A DNA stretch of 64,000 nt, taken from IMG/VR virus record IMGVR_UViG_3300045996_002876, positions 42,315-106,314 of that record; one strand, 5' to 3'. The DNA is from a virus. The notes under the pieces were generated by a model. That model made no database searches and was not told the DNA's origin. It saw only the letters and a list, made by a program, of their open reading frames with translations. Positions 9,631 through 19,344 of the stretch are shown piece after piece (positions within the stretch are counted from its first letter, which is position 1; every line of letters starts with the position of its first letter). A program made the position numbers and the translations under genes.

Positions 9631-10031
9631 GCCCGAGCCTGTTCTCGTTGGGGGAGGTCGCCCTGGCCTCGGGCGGGACGGCCGACTGGAAGATCGACTG
9701 TGACCACCTGACGGACGGGGACTGGGCCGCCCTGGCCCTCCTGGCGTCCCGGTGGGTCCCGCCGTTCTTTGAGGTCCACGGGGTCCCGCGGGGCGGCCTC
9801 CGGTTCGCCGAGGCCCTCCAGAAATACGTCACCCCGGGGGCGTACCGACGGCTGGTCGCCGAGGACGTGGTCACGACCGGGCGGTCGGCCCTGGAGTTCG
9901 CCAAGACCGTCTCCCCGCCCGAAGACCTTTGGCCGTTCGGGTACCGGACCGTCGGCGTGTGCGTGTTCGCCCGCGGGGCGTGCCCCGACTGGATCCGCCC
10001 CCTGTTCCGCTTCGAAGGAGGGCGCCCGTGA
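9627..10031 (+). CDS. Short type I phosphoribosyltransferase (PyrE-like), probable CTG start
   Basis: LASG...WKIDC, GVPRGG and the PRPP loop VAEDVVTTGRS. Confidence 0.75.
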   Translation: MSPSLFSLGEVALASGGTADWKIDCDHLTDGDWAALALLASRWVPPFFEVHGVPRGGLRFAEALQKYVTPGAYRRLVAEDVVTTGRSALEFAKTVSPPEDLWPFGYRTVGVCVFARGACPDWIRPLFRFEGGRP

Positions 10032-10213
10032 AAGTACCCCCGGATGTGAAGGAGGCCGCCGCGAAGGTCCTGGCCGCCCGGGACACGGACGACGACCTCC
10101 GGGCCCTGGGCGGGCCGCTCTTGTGGAGCACGGCGGAGGCGTTTTACGCCCTGCTCGACGCGGGGGAGGTCCTGGCGACCTGGGTCAAGGCCCGAGCGGA
10201 GGCAGACGCGTGA
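10028..10213 (+). CDS. Hypothetical protein
   Basis: GTGA overlaps on both sides. Confidence 0.55.
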   Translation: MKVPPDVKEAAAKVLAARDTDDDLRALGGPLLWSTAEAFYALLDAGEVLATWVKARAEADA

Positions 10214-10788
10214 CTTGTATCGTCGGGTTCGTGGAGCCGTCCGGCCGGGTGGTGGTCGGCGGGGACTCGGCCGGGGTGGCCGGCCTGGACATCCGGGTCC
10301 GGGCGGACGAGAAGGTGTTCCGCCGGGGCCCGTTCCTCCTGGGGTTCACCACCTCCTTCCGGATGGGCCAGCTCCTCCGGTACTCCCTCCAGGTCCCGGA
10401 CCAGGGGGAGGAGTCCGACTACGAGTACCTGGTCACCCGGTTCGTGGACGCCGTCCGGAAGTGCCTGAAGGACGGCGGGTACGCCACCAAGACCAGCGAC
10501 CAGGAGGCCGGCGGGACGTTCCTGCTCGGGTACCGGGGGCGGCTGTACACGGTCGATTCGGACTACCAGGTGGCCGCCCACCACGACCCGTACACGGCCG
10601 TCGGGTGTGGGGCCGACTTCGCCCTCGGGGCCCTGGCCGTCCTCCGGCCGAAGAAAGAGTTCGCCACGGACCTCGGCCCCGTCTTCGACATCCCCGGGGA
10701 GGTCCCGGTCAAAAAGGCCCTGGAGGTGGCCGAGAAGTTCTCGGCCGGCGTCCGGGGGCCCTTCACGATCCTCGCGATGAACTCTTGA
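10210..10788 (+). CDS. HslV/proteasome-beta-like Ntn peptidase
   Basis: N-terminal (M)TCIVG...GGDS, KVF and AVGCGA.FALG. Confidence 0.8.
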   Translation: MTCIVGFVEPSGRVVVGGDSAGVAGLDIRVRADEKVFRRGPFLLGFTTSFRMGQLLRYSLQVPDQGEESDYEYLVTRFVDAVRKCLKDGGYATKTSDQEAGGTFLLGYRGRLYTVDSDYQVAAHHDPYTAVGCGADFALGALAVLRPKKEFATDLGPVFDIPGEVPVKKALEVAEKFSAGVRGPFTILAMNS

Positions 10789-10819
10789 CTATCAAGAAAA
10801 ATCCTGAACAATAGGCGTC

Positions 10820-13144
10820 ATGCCCCTCGCTGCCCCCCAGGCCCCCACGATCGGCTACGAGCTCGGGTACACGGGCGAGCCCTTCCACGGGACGCACGAA
10901 AACCCCCTGGCGTTCGACACGGAAACCGACCTCCACGGGAAGTTCCACCCCGGCGAGGTCAACAACCTGGCCCTCGTCCAGGCCTCGGACGGGGAGCGGA
11001 CGGCCCTGGTCCACCCGAAGGACCTGGCCCGGTTCCTGGCCGCCCACCGGGACGTCCCGTTCGTCGGCCACAACATCGCCTTCGACTACTGGGTGGTGGA
11101 CAAGGCCCTGGCCGGCGACGAGCCGGCCCGGGCCGCCTGGCGGGACAAGGCCCGGGCCGGGCTCCTGCACGACACCATGCTCCTGGACGCCCTGGTCCGG
11201 CTGGCCGAGGGGAAGGGGGAGACGGGGGACGAGAAGGAGAAGCTCCCGATGAGGAACCTGGGGGAGGTGGCCCGGGACTACGGGGGCGTGCGGGTCTCGA
11301 AGGAGGACCCGTACCGCATGAAGTACTCGGAGATCATTGGGAAGCGGTTCTCCGAGGTGACGGACAAGGGGTTTTGGGAGTACGCGGCCCGCGACGCCTA
11401 CGCCACCGCCCGGGCCTGGCCGCCCCTGTACCGGAAGGCCCTGGGGATCGCCCGCCGGTACGCGGCCGGGGGCGGCGGGGGCGGCGGGGACGGCGGGGCC
11501 CGGCTCCGACGGTGGCTGGCGTACGGGGTCCTGACCGAGCGGGTCCAGGTCCAGGGGGCCATCGCCCTGGACGCCATCGGCCGGGCCGGCATGCCCTTCT
11601 GCCCGGACGCCGTGGCCGCCGACGCGGCCCGGTGGCGGCCGGTCGTGGCCGAGTGCGTGGCGGCCATCGACAAGCTCCGCCCGGCCCACTTCAAGCGGAA
11701 GGGCAAGGGGTTCGAGCTGGCCGACAAGAGCGGGTGCCCGAAGACCAACCAGCACGACCTGGTGGACGCCCTGGCCGAGGCCGGGGACAAGGTCAAGGCC
11801 CACCTGCCCGACTTCACCGCCCCCCAGTCGACCGGGAAGAAGGCCCGCGAGACCGGGGACGCGATCAGCCGGTCGACCGAGGACTGGGTCCCGTACGCCC
11901 CGTACGACCCGTTCCTGGGGCTCTGGGTCCGGCTGGCCGACGCGACCAAGCGGCTGGCCTTCTACGCCGCCTTCCGCCCGCCCGTGCGGGACCTGTTCTC
12001 GGCCCTCGAGCCGGCCGCCGCCCCGCGGGTCCGGAGCCGGTACAACCCGCTCATGCGGACCGGCCGGATCTCGGCCCAGGACCCGAACGTCACCCAGTTC
12101 CCCCGCGACCCGGGCTTCCGGGGGGTGTTCGCGGCCCCCCCGGGCCGGAAGCTGATCACCGCCGACTACGCCTTCGTCGAGCTCCGGACCCTGGCCGCCA
12201 CCTGCTTCGAGCGGTTCGGGTACTCGGTCCTGGCCGACGTCATCAAGGCCGGGGTCGACCCGCACGCGTACACGGCGGCCATGGTCAACGGGATGAAGCT
12301 GGACGAGTTCCTGGCCCTCAAGAAGACCGATCCGGCCAAGTTCAAGTCCTTCCGGCAGTCTTCAAAAGCCCTGAACTTCGGCATCCCCGGCGGCCTGGGG
12401 GCCTTCCGCCTGGTCGAGTACGCGGCCGCCAACTACGGGGTGACCTTCACCCTGGCCGAGGCCGAGGCCTTCCGCCAGAAGCTGGTGACCGAGGTGTACC
12501 CCGAGCTCAACCCGACGGACGGGTACCTGGCCGACGACACGTACGGGGCGATCGCGGTCAACGCCGGGCTGTCCCGCGGGGAGGTCCTGGCCGCCCTCCC
12601 GGGGGACGCCCGGATGAGGGAGTGGCTCGGCCGGGTCCTCTTCCGGGTGGCCGCCGGGGCCACGACCAAGGCCGACGGGACGGACTACAACCCGCGGTTC
12701 TTCAGCGACTGTTGGGACTTCCTCAAGTCGGTCGGCCGGCGGGCCCCCAAGGGCGGGCCCCTGTCCGAGGCGACCCGCGAGCGGCTCCTGGCCGGCAAGG
12801 GGGACATGCCGACGGCCCGCGAGCTGACCAGCCTGTTCGCCGTCACCCTGACCGGCCGGGTCCGGTCGCGGGTCCGGTACACGGCCAGCAAGAACACCTG
12901 CTTCCAGGGGCTGGCCGCCGACGGGATCAAGCTGGCCGCCTTCCGGCTGGTCCTCGAGGGGTACAAAGTGTGCGGCCTGATCCACGACGAGCTGGTCGTG
13001 GAGGTCGAGGACCGGGGGGAGGCGGCGAACGAGGCCGCCTCGGCCCACGTCCAGGCCGTGATGAACACAAGTATGGAAGAGGTCCTCGGCGGGGCCGTGC
13101 CCAGCGGGACCGAGGCCCACGTGGGGGACGCATGGGAAAAGTAG
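10820..13144 (+). CDS. DNA polymerase family A with 3'-5' exonuclease
   Basis: Exo motifs FDTET, GHNIAFD, YAARDA; TGRIS..PN; motif A DYAFVELR; motif B RQSSKALNFG; motif C IHDE. Confidence 0.95.
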   Translation: MPLAAPQAPTIGYELGYTGEPFHGTHENPLAFDTETDLHGKFHPGEVNNLALVQASDGERTALVHPKDLARFLAAHRDVPFVGHNIAFDYWVVDKALAGDEPARAAWRDKARAGLLHDTMLLDALVRLAEGKGETGDEKEKLPMRNLGEVARDYGGVRVSKEDPYRMKYSEIIGKRFSEVTDKGFWEYAARDAYATARAWPPLYRKALGIARRYAAGGGGGGGDGGARLRRWLAYGVLTERVQVQGAIALDAIGRAGMPFCPDAVAADAARWRPVVAECVAAIDKLRPAHFKRKGKGFELADKSGCPKTNQHDLVDALAEAGDKVKAHLPDFTAPQSTGKKARETGDAISRSTEDWVPYAPYDPFLGLWVRLADATKRLAFYAAFRPPVRDLFSALEPAAAPRVRSRYNPLMRTGRISAQDPNVTQFPRDPGFRGVFAAPPGRKLITADYAFVELRTLAATCFERFGYSVLADVIKAGVDPHAYTAAMVNGMKLDEFLALKKTDPAKFKSFRQSSKALNFGIPGGLGAFRLVEYAAANYGVTFTLAEAEAFRQKLVTEVYPELNPTDGYLADDTYGAIAVNAGLSRGEVLAALPGDARMREWLGRVLFRVAAGATTKADGTDYNPRFFSDCWDFLKSVGRRAPKGGPLSEATRERLLAGKGDMPTARELTSLFAVTLTGRVRSRVRYTASKNTCFQGLAADGIKLAAFRLVLEGYKVCGLIHDELVVEVEDRGEAANEAASAHVQAVMNTSMEEVLGGAVPSGTEAHVGDAWEK

Positions 13145-13995
13145 CCGTTTCGACGCCGCTCAAGACGCACGGGGGGAAGGCGTACCTGGCCCCCCGGATC
13201 GTGGCCCTGTTCCCCCCGCGGGACTCCTACCTGCACTACGTGGAGCCCTACGCCGGCGGGCTGTCCGTCCTCCTGGCCAACGACCCGGAGGGGAAGTCGG
13301 AGGTGGTCAACGACCTGGACGGGGAGTTGACCAACTTCTGGACCGTCCTGGCCGACCCGGACCTGTTCGCCGACTTCCGTCGGAGGGTTGAGTCCCGCCC
13401 GTTCAGCGAACCCTTATGGCGGGAAGTGTCGGCCCACCGGGACCAGTACGGCCCGTTCGCCGGTCGCCCGGCGTGCGGTGTGGACACCCGCGTGATGGAC
13501 GCGTGTGGGTTCTTCACCCTCTGTCGCCAGTCCCTGGCCGGCCGGAAGGACGCCTTCGCCCCCCTGTCCCGGACCCGCGTCCGCCGGGGGATGAACGAGC
13601 AGGCGTCGGCCTGGCTGTCGGCCGTCGAGGGCCTGCCGGCCGTCCACGCCCGGCTCAAGCGGGTGGTCGTCCTGAACCGCCCGGCCCTGGACGTGATCCG
13701 CCAGCAGGACGGGCCCCGGACCCTCTTTTACCTGGACCCCCCGTACGCCCACGACACCCGGAAGACGACCGGCGAGTACGGGGCGTACGAGATGTCGCTC
13801 GAGGACCACGCCGAACTCCTCCAGGAGCTCGGCATACTCGAGGGCAGGTTCGTCCTGTCCGGGTACCGGAACGACATGTACGACCGGACGGCCGAGGTCA
13901 ACGGGTGGCGGCGGGCGGATTTCGAGATCAGCAATCACGCCGCCGGCGGCAAGGACAAGCGGAGGATGACCGAAAGTGTCTGGCTCAACTTCTAA
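13132..13995 (+). CDS. Dam-like (D12 class) N6-adenine DNA methyltransferase
   Basis: HGGK, YVEPYAGG, EVVNDLD and YLDPPY. Confidence 0.92.
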   Translation: MGKVAVSTPLKTHGGKAYLAPRIVALFPPRDSYLHYVEPYAGGLSVLLANDPEGKSEVVNDLDGELTNFWTVLADPDLFADFRRRVESRPFSEPLWREVSAHRDQYGPFAGRPACGVDTRVMDACGFFTLCRQSLAGRKDAFAPLSRTRVRRGMNEQASAWLSAVEGLPAVHARLKRVVVLNRPALDVIRQQDGPRTLFYLDPPYAHDTRKTTGEYGAYEMSLEDHAELLQELGILEGRFVLSGYRNDMYDRTAEVNGWRRADFEISNHAAGGKDKRRMTESVWLNF

Positions 13996-14428
13996 GACCT
14001 GCTCCCGGTGCTCCCGCCGCCGGGCGGCCGGGCACTTCTCCCGCAAGGCGGCCGCCCCGGACGGCCTCCAGGGGCACTGCAAGGACTGCGCCCGCGAGTA
14101 CGGGACCCGGTGGGCCCGCGAGACCCGCCGGCTGAACGGGGCCGAGACCCTGGCCGAGCGGGACGCCCGCCGGCGGCGGGACGCGGCGGCCACCCAGGCG
14201 GCCGTCCTGGCCGCCGTCCGGGCCGTCTGGGCCCGGACCGGCCGCCCCCCGGTCCTGGCCGAGGTGGCCCGCGGGGCCGGGTTCGAGCACGTCAGCTCGG
14301 TCCAGCCCTACCTGGCCCGGCTGGAGGCCCTGGGCGAGATCGAGCGGGACGCCCCCGGCGGGCACCTGCGGACGATCTGGCCGGCCGGCGCGCGGGCCCG
14401 GATCCGGGCCCTCCTGGGCGATTCTTGA
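13976..14428 (+). CDS. Zn-ribbon + LexA-type winged-helix protein (no peptidase domain)
   Basis: CSRC...DGL..HCKDC followed by GRPP.LAEVA...GF...SSV..YL..LE..G.IER. Confidence 0.7.
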   Translation: MSGSTSKTCSRCSRRRAAGHFSRKAAAPDGLQGHCKDCAREYGTRWARETRRLNGAETLAERDARRRRDAAATQAAVLAAVRAVWARTGRPPVLAEVARGAGFEHVSSVQPYLARLEALGEIERDAPGGHLRTIWPAGARARIRALLGDS

Positions 14429-14444
14429 GACTCAAGATTTTTTC

Positions 14445-14473
14445 TTGACATTCCACAACCTGCCTCCTACAGT
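14445..14473 (+). promoter_or_regulatory. Sigma70-type promoter
   Basis: TTGACA-17 bp-TACAGT, followed by SD AGGAGG. Confidence 0.7.
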
Positions 14474-14494
14474 GGGTGGTAGGAGGCCTGCCCA

Positions 14495-15004
14495 GTGTCT
14501 TACGGCCCGGACCCGTTCCAAGAGACGATTCGTTACTTCGACGCCCCGACCGCCTACTGGGCAGGGCTTTTCGACGGCGAGGGATCGGTTGGAATCAACA
14601 GGAAGGCCATAAGAGGCAAGCAGAAGCGGTTCAGCTATCAGTGCGAAGCCAAGCTGACGATGTGCGACGAGGATATTGTTTACGCATTCAGCGCGGCCTT
14701 CGACGGCACGTTCGGGGTCCGGTACCCGAAAAAGGCCAATGTCTCCGTCGCCTATACGAGCGGGCTGGGAGGGAGGAAGTGCCTGGCCTTCCTCACCAAG
14801 ATCCTCCCTCACGCGAGGGTGAAGAAGAAGGAGATCGAGGTCGCTATTGAGTACCTGCACTGGCAGAAAGCCCTCACCGGGTTCGACCAGAAAACCACCT
14901 ACCGGTACACGGAGGAAGATAAGAGGTACCAGGCTCTGATGAGACGCCTCTTGCACGACCTCAAGCCTGGTTTCTCGGCGACAAAAGTCCCGTTCAAAGA
15001 CTGA
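14495..15004 (+). CDS. Free-standing single-motif LAGLIDADG homing endonuclease
   Basis: AYWAGLFDGEGS and ILPH..VKK; lower GC than flanks. Confidence 0.85.
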   Translation: MSYGPDPFQETIRYFDAPTAYWAGLFDGEGSVGINRKAIRGKQKRFSYQCEAKLTMCDEDIVYAFSAAFDGTFGVRYPKKANVSVAYTSGLGGRKCLAFLTKILPHARVKKKEIEVAIEYLHWQKALTGFDQKTTYRYTEEDKRYQALMRRLLHDLKPGFSATKVPFKD

Positions 15005-15034
15005 CCCCTGTTCGTACCGGACCCGGAGCCCCAC

Positions 15035-15415
15035 GTGGCCAGCCCCACCCTTACCGACTTGCCTGTGCCCGCGCCGGGCCCCGGGTCCCCGGTCGTCCCC
15101 GGCGTCGGCCGGGACGCCCCGACCGTCACCAACGAGAACGGGGCCCGCCAGTCCCAAACGCTCTACCGGATGGATTTGATGCCCCCGCGGGCCACCCTGG
15201 CCGTGGCCGGGGTGCTGGCCGAGGGGGCCCCGAAGTACGGCGAGTGGAACTGGCTGGGCATCCCGACGGCCGACCACCTGAACCACGCCCTGGTCCACGT
15301 CTACGCCCACCTGGCCGGGGACGCCCAGGACGACCACCTGGGGCACGCCGCCTGCCGTCTCCTTATGGCCCTGGAGATCGCCCTCCGGGGCGGGCCGACG
15401 AAGGGGGCCGCGTGA
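15035..15415 (+). CDS. DUF5664 / dATP-dGTP diphosphohydrolase-like protein
   Basis: GA.KYG..NW, H.NHAL.H and HLGHAAC.L. Confidence 0.8.
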   Translation: MASPTLTDLPVPAPGPGSPVVPGVGRDAPTVTNENGARQSQTLYRMDLMPPRATLAVAGVLAEGAPKYGEWNWLGIPTADHLNHALVHVYAHLAGDAQDDHLGHAACRLLMALEIALRGGPTKGAA

Positions 15416-15654
15416 GGCCGCCCCTGACCCCCCGCCAGCGGGACATCTACGACGCCATGCTGGAGTGCCTGGTCGAGAACCAGTGCCTGCCCACCTACCG
15501 CGAGCTGGGGGTCCGGTTCGGGATCAAGAGCCCGAACGGGGTGGCCTGCCACCTGAAGGCCCTGGCCGCCAAGGGGTACGTCGCCCCGGCGATGGGCAAG
15601 AACCGGGCGTACCGGCTCCTGGGGGTCCGCCTCCGGGCCGAGGTGGTCGAATGA
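15412..15654 (+). CDS. Stand-alone LexA DNA-binding domain protein
   Basis: LTPRQ..IY...PTYRELG..FGIKSPNGV.CHLKAL..KGY; no S24 domain. Confidence 0.85.
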   Translation: MRPPLTPRQRDIYDAMLECLVENQCLPTYRELGVRFGIKSPNGVACHLKALAAKGYVAPAMGKNRAYRLLGVRLRAEVVE

Positions 15655-16469
15655 GGACCATCCTCACCCGGACCGGCCGCCTCGTCTGCCCCCTGGCGCT
15701 CAAAGAGGACGATGTGGACGTCCTGGACGTGGCCTGGGCGTTGGCGGGCGAGGGAAGATTTTCCAACCACACGTGTGCGACGTTTAGCGTCGGTCAGCAC
15801 TCCGTCCAGATGGCCCGCTGGGCCCTCCGCCTGGGGTACGGCGAGACGGTGGCCTACCAGTGCCTCCTGCACGACGCCCCGGAGGCCTACCTGGGGGACA
15901 TCGCCACCCCGGTCAAGGAACTCTTCCCGGCGTACCGGGAGGCCGAGGAGGCCGCCTGGCGGACGATCGCCCGCGCCCTCCACTGCCCGCCCGCCCTGGA
16001 CCACCGCGTCAAGGAGCTCGACCGCCGGGCCCTGCGGACGGAGCTCCGGGACCTCATGCCCGACTACGCGTCGGACGACCCCCAGCACGCCCGCGACGCC
16101 GCGACCCGGCCGTTCCCCGAGCGGCTCCACCCGTGGCCGCGGGACCAGGCCTTCTTCTGGTTCCTGGCGGCGTACGCCGAGCTGGCCCCGGCCGGGGCCC
16201 CCGGCGTCGACTGGGCCCGGTTCAACGCCATCCGCTCCCGCTCCGACAAGCCCAGCTTTCGCCCCGCCCGTTACCCCAAGGACCCCGTGACCCCCGTGAC
16301 CCCCGTGACCCCCGTGACCCCCGTGATGACCTCGACCCCGTTCACCCACACGCTCTCGTACGTGACCAAGACCGGCAAGACCATGTCCCGCCGGTTCCGC
16401 GACCTGGCCCTGACGGCCGGCGGCACGGCCGGGCGGATCACCCCCCTCCGGACCCCGGTCTCGAAGTAA
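15651..16469 (+). CDS. HD-domain 5'-deoxynucleotidase-like phosphohydrolase
   Basis: RFSNH, FSVGQHS, LLHDAPEAYLGDI.TP.K and distal D. Confidence 0.85.
   Translation: MRTILTRTGRLVCPLALKEDDVDVLDVAWALAGEGRFSNHTCATFSVGQHSVQMARWALRLGYGETVAYQCLLHDAPEAYLGDIATPVKELFPAYREAEEAAWRTIARALHCPPALDHRVKELDRRALRTELRDLMPDYASDDPQHARDAATRPFPERLHPWPRDQAFFWFLAAYAELAPAGAPGVDWARFNAIRSRSDKPSFRPARYPKDPVTPVTPVTPVTPVMTSTPFTHTLSYVTKTGKTMSRRFRDLALTAGGTAGRITPLRTPVSK
16283..16326 (+). repeat. 9-bp tandem repeat (ccccgtgac) x about 5, encoding PVT repeats
   Basis: Read directly from sequence. Confidence 0.9.
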
Positions 16470-16524
16470 CCCCGGTACCGCCCGGCTTCGCTGGAGGCGA
16501 AGCCGGGCGGGCGGAGACCCGCAG

Positions 16525-17602
16525 ATGGCCCTCGGCGACTCCCTCCTGACCGGCGACGGGGACCCCGTGGCCCAGCGGCGGTTCAAGCAGGTGGCGATCG
16601 ACCCGGCCCTCCTGCTGACCCTCCTGGCCGGGGCCGGGGAGTACACCCTGACCGGGATCCCGGCCGACGCCCGGGTCCACCGGGCCGCATACGACCTCGA
16701 CCGGGACTGGTTCCGGATGACCCTGGTCTCGGCCGAGTTCCCGATCCTGTACGAAGGGGAGGAGATCCCGCCCTTGGCCCTCGGCGTCCGCCGGCTCGAA
16801 CCCGACCACGTGGTCTGATGGTGTACCCATCCTTCACGACGACCGGGCCGGCGAAGATCTGGCTCCCCGGGTTCGACGACCTGGCCGGCAAGTGGGAGCT
16901 GACCTTTCGACAGGACCCGGTGGACTGGACGACCCGACCCGCGGGGAACAAGGCCCCCCGGTCGTACCAGTGGATCGAGGCCGAGTTCCGGATTCACCCC
17001 GGTGAGATCCGGTGGGACGACCGGCGGAGACGGTGGGTGGACGTCCGGAAGGGCGTCGGCCAGACCCGCCGGCTCCTGGATTTCGTCCGGGGGGACCGGG
17101 TCCGGACGGTGCCCTTCGTCCCCGTCCCGGGCGGGTGGGTGTGGTACGTCCCGGGCCGCCCGACCGTCCTCCGGCGGACGCTCGAGCTAGCCGGCACGGC
17201 CATAGACATGAGCTGGCGGTCGGCCGGCGAGTGGGCGGTCGTCCCGTGCGGCGGGTGGCGGCTGGCGGACAACCCGTTCGACCGCCAGGTCCTGGCCTGC
17301 ATGCTGGACGACGCCCTGGACCGGGGGGCCGACGAGAGTCCTTACCGGAAGGCCCTGGAACTCCTGGAGAAGTGGCCGTGACCTACGCCTCGGACGAGTA
17401 CTGGCCGACCCCCATCCGCCTCCCGGAGCCCGACCCCCGCACACCCGTGGTCGTCTCCCTCGACCTGGACCTCACAAGGTCGGAGTACGGGCACGTGTAC
17501 GACGACCTGGTCCGCCTCCACGCCGTCCCCAACCTGGACCCGCACACCCGGGCCCTCCTGTTCGTCCTGAGCGGGAAGTTCCTCCAGAGGTCCCGCCGAT
17601 GA
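16525..17602 (+). CDS. Three hypothetical genes (16525-16818, 16818-17381, 17378-17602)
   Basis: Coupled ORFs; SD GGAG before 16525. Confidence 0.6.
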
Positions 17603-18162
17603 CCCCGGCCCTCCTCTGCGGCCTCGTCCTGGCCCTCCGGGGCGACCTGGCCCACGACCGGTACCCGGTCCGGGCGGCCGCCCAGGCCCGGGTCGAGCGG
17701 CTCCCCGCGGGGGCCACCCCGGCCGTCCGCCGGCTGGCCGCCGACCCGGACCCGCAGGTGGCCGACTGGGCCGGCCGCGAGCTGGCCCGGCGGGCGGCGG
17801 CCGCGACCCTGGCCCGGGCCGAGGCCCTGATGGCCGAGCTGGACCCGGCGAGGTGGGACAAGGTGGAGGCCGAGGGGGCCTTCCTGGAGGCCCTGGTCCG
17901 CCGCCTGTACGCCGACCCGCCGATGGCCCTCCAGTGGGCCGCCCTGGCGTACTACCGGGAGGAGTCCCTGGACGACTGGGGCCGCGACGAGTTCCTCCGG
18001 GTGTTCGCCGGGCGGGCCCCCGGGGACCCGCCGGCGGACCCCTACTGGGCGTCCCCGGCCTTCGGGTACTGGGCCCTGCACGACGCCTGGGCGGCCCGGG
18101 CCAAGGCCGCCGGGAAGACGACGTCCGCCCCCGCCCCCCGCGACACCACGGGACACGAATGA
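17599..18162 (+). CDS. Exported protein with a HEAT-like repeat
   Basis: Hydrophobic N-terminus; L..D.Y.VR.AA...L...A.PAV..LA.DPDPQV..WA pattern. Confidence 0.5.
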   Translation: MTPALLCGLVLALRGDLAHDRYPVRAAAQARVERLPAGATPAVRRLAADPDPQVADWAGRELARRAAAATLARAEALMAELDPARWDKVEAEGAFLEALVRRLYADPPMALQWAALAYYREESLDDWGRDEFLRVFAGRAPGDPPADPYWASPAFGYWALHDAWAARAKAAGKTTSAPAPRDTTGHE

Positions 18163-18890
18163 CCCGCCCCAAGAAGGACCGCCAGGACCGGAAGGCCGTG
18201 GGCAAGGACGCCCGCCTCGAGAAGGCGAGGGGCCGGCTCAAGGCCCTCAAGAAGCCCCATTGGGAACCGACGGACTGGCAGAGGGAGGCCCAGGCGGCCT
18301 TCCGCCAGTGCGACGTACTTGTGCTGGCCGGCTTTCCCGGAACGGCCAAGACGGCTTGTGCCGTCTGGCTGGCCGTCGAGGAGTTCCTGGCCGGCCGGTC
18401 GCGGAAGCTGTACCTGCTCCGCCCGAACGTCGAGGCCGGGCCGTCCATGGGCCACCTGCCCGGGGACGTCCTCCAGAAGCTCGACCCCTACCTCCGCCCG
18501 GTCTTCGAGTTCCTGTCGGCCCTCGGCCTGTCCGGCCACCAGATGATCAAGGACCGGACCCTGGAGGTGGTGGCCGTCCAGCACGCCAAGGGGCGGACCT
18601 TCCACGGCGGGACGATCCTCCTGGACGAGGCCCAGGACTGTCGGGAGAGCCAGCTGAGGCTGGTGTTCTCCCGGATGGGGGCCAACGCGAAGCTGATCGT
18701 GACCGGGGACCCGAACCAGGCGGACATCCCGGACGACCCGAACCCCTTCCGGGTGTTCGTGGCCAAGGCGGCGATGGCCGCCGGGGACCCGGCCGAGACC
18801 GGGTTCAAGCTGTTCCGCCTGGGGGAGGCCGACGTCCTCCGCCACGAGATGGTCCCGAAGCTCCTGAAAATGTGCGGGGTCCCCAAGTGA
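18159..18890 (+). CDS. phoH: PhoH-family ATPase
   Basis: GFPGTAKT, GHLPGD...K.DPY, KGRTF, LLDEAQD, SRMG and GDPNQAD. Confidence 0.92.
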   Translation: MTRPKKDRQDRKAVGKDARLEKARGRLKALKKPHWEPTDWQREAQAAFRQCDVLVLAGFPGTAKTACAVWLAVEEFLAGRSRKLYLLRPNVEAGPSMGHLPGDVLQKLDPYLRPVFEFLSALGLSGHQMIKDRTLEVVAVQHAKGRTFHGGTILLDEAQDCRESQLRLVFSRMGANAKLIVTGDPNQADIPDDPNPFRVFVAKAAMAAGDPAETGFKLFRLGEADVLRHEMVPKLLKMCGVPK

Positions 18891-19344
18891 GCGACAAGAA
18901 GCGGATCGAACTCCGGGCCGTCGTCGACCTGACCGACGACGAGATCCGGGCCCTGGCCGACGACTTCAACGGCCGGGCCCCGTCCTGCGTCCGGGGGGAC
19001 GTGTACACGGCCCTCCGGGAGGAGTTCGGGAACCAGCTCCGCCGGATCGCCCTGGGCAAGACCCTGCTCCAGGCCGAGGCCCGGGTCCTGTGCGTGGGGG
19101 GCCCGGCGTGAGCGCCCTCCCGACCGCCCTCCCGGCCGAGCCGCGGGCCCTCCGGGTCACCCTGGACCTCCGGGCCGACCGCCTGGACTGCCTCGCCGCC
19201 GACCTCCGCAAGGCGGCCGCCCACAAAGCCACGGCCTACGAGGCGGCGGCCGTCCTGAACTTCCTGGCCGCCCAGATCGAGTGGGCCCTGGTCGGCGGTT
19301 CCCAGTTCGACACCCCGGCCCCGACCTGGAGGGGCGACGTATGA
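18887..19344 (+). CDS. Two hypothetical genes (18887-19111, 19108-19344)
   Basis: GTGA overlaps. Confidence 0.55.

Noticed and set aside
11467-11498. Poly-Gly run in PolA as a frameshift or phase-variation site
   Set aside because: The reading frame is intact and the run lies in the exonuclease-polymerase linker; most likely a neutral GGC/GGG expansion.
15035-16469. Complete 2-aminoadenine (Z-genome) pathway
   Set aside because: No PurZ in the window, and both hydrolase families are widespread in ordinary phages.
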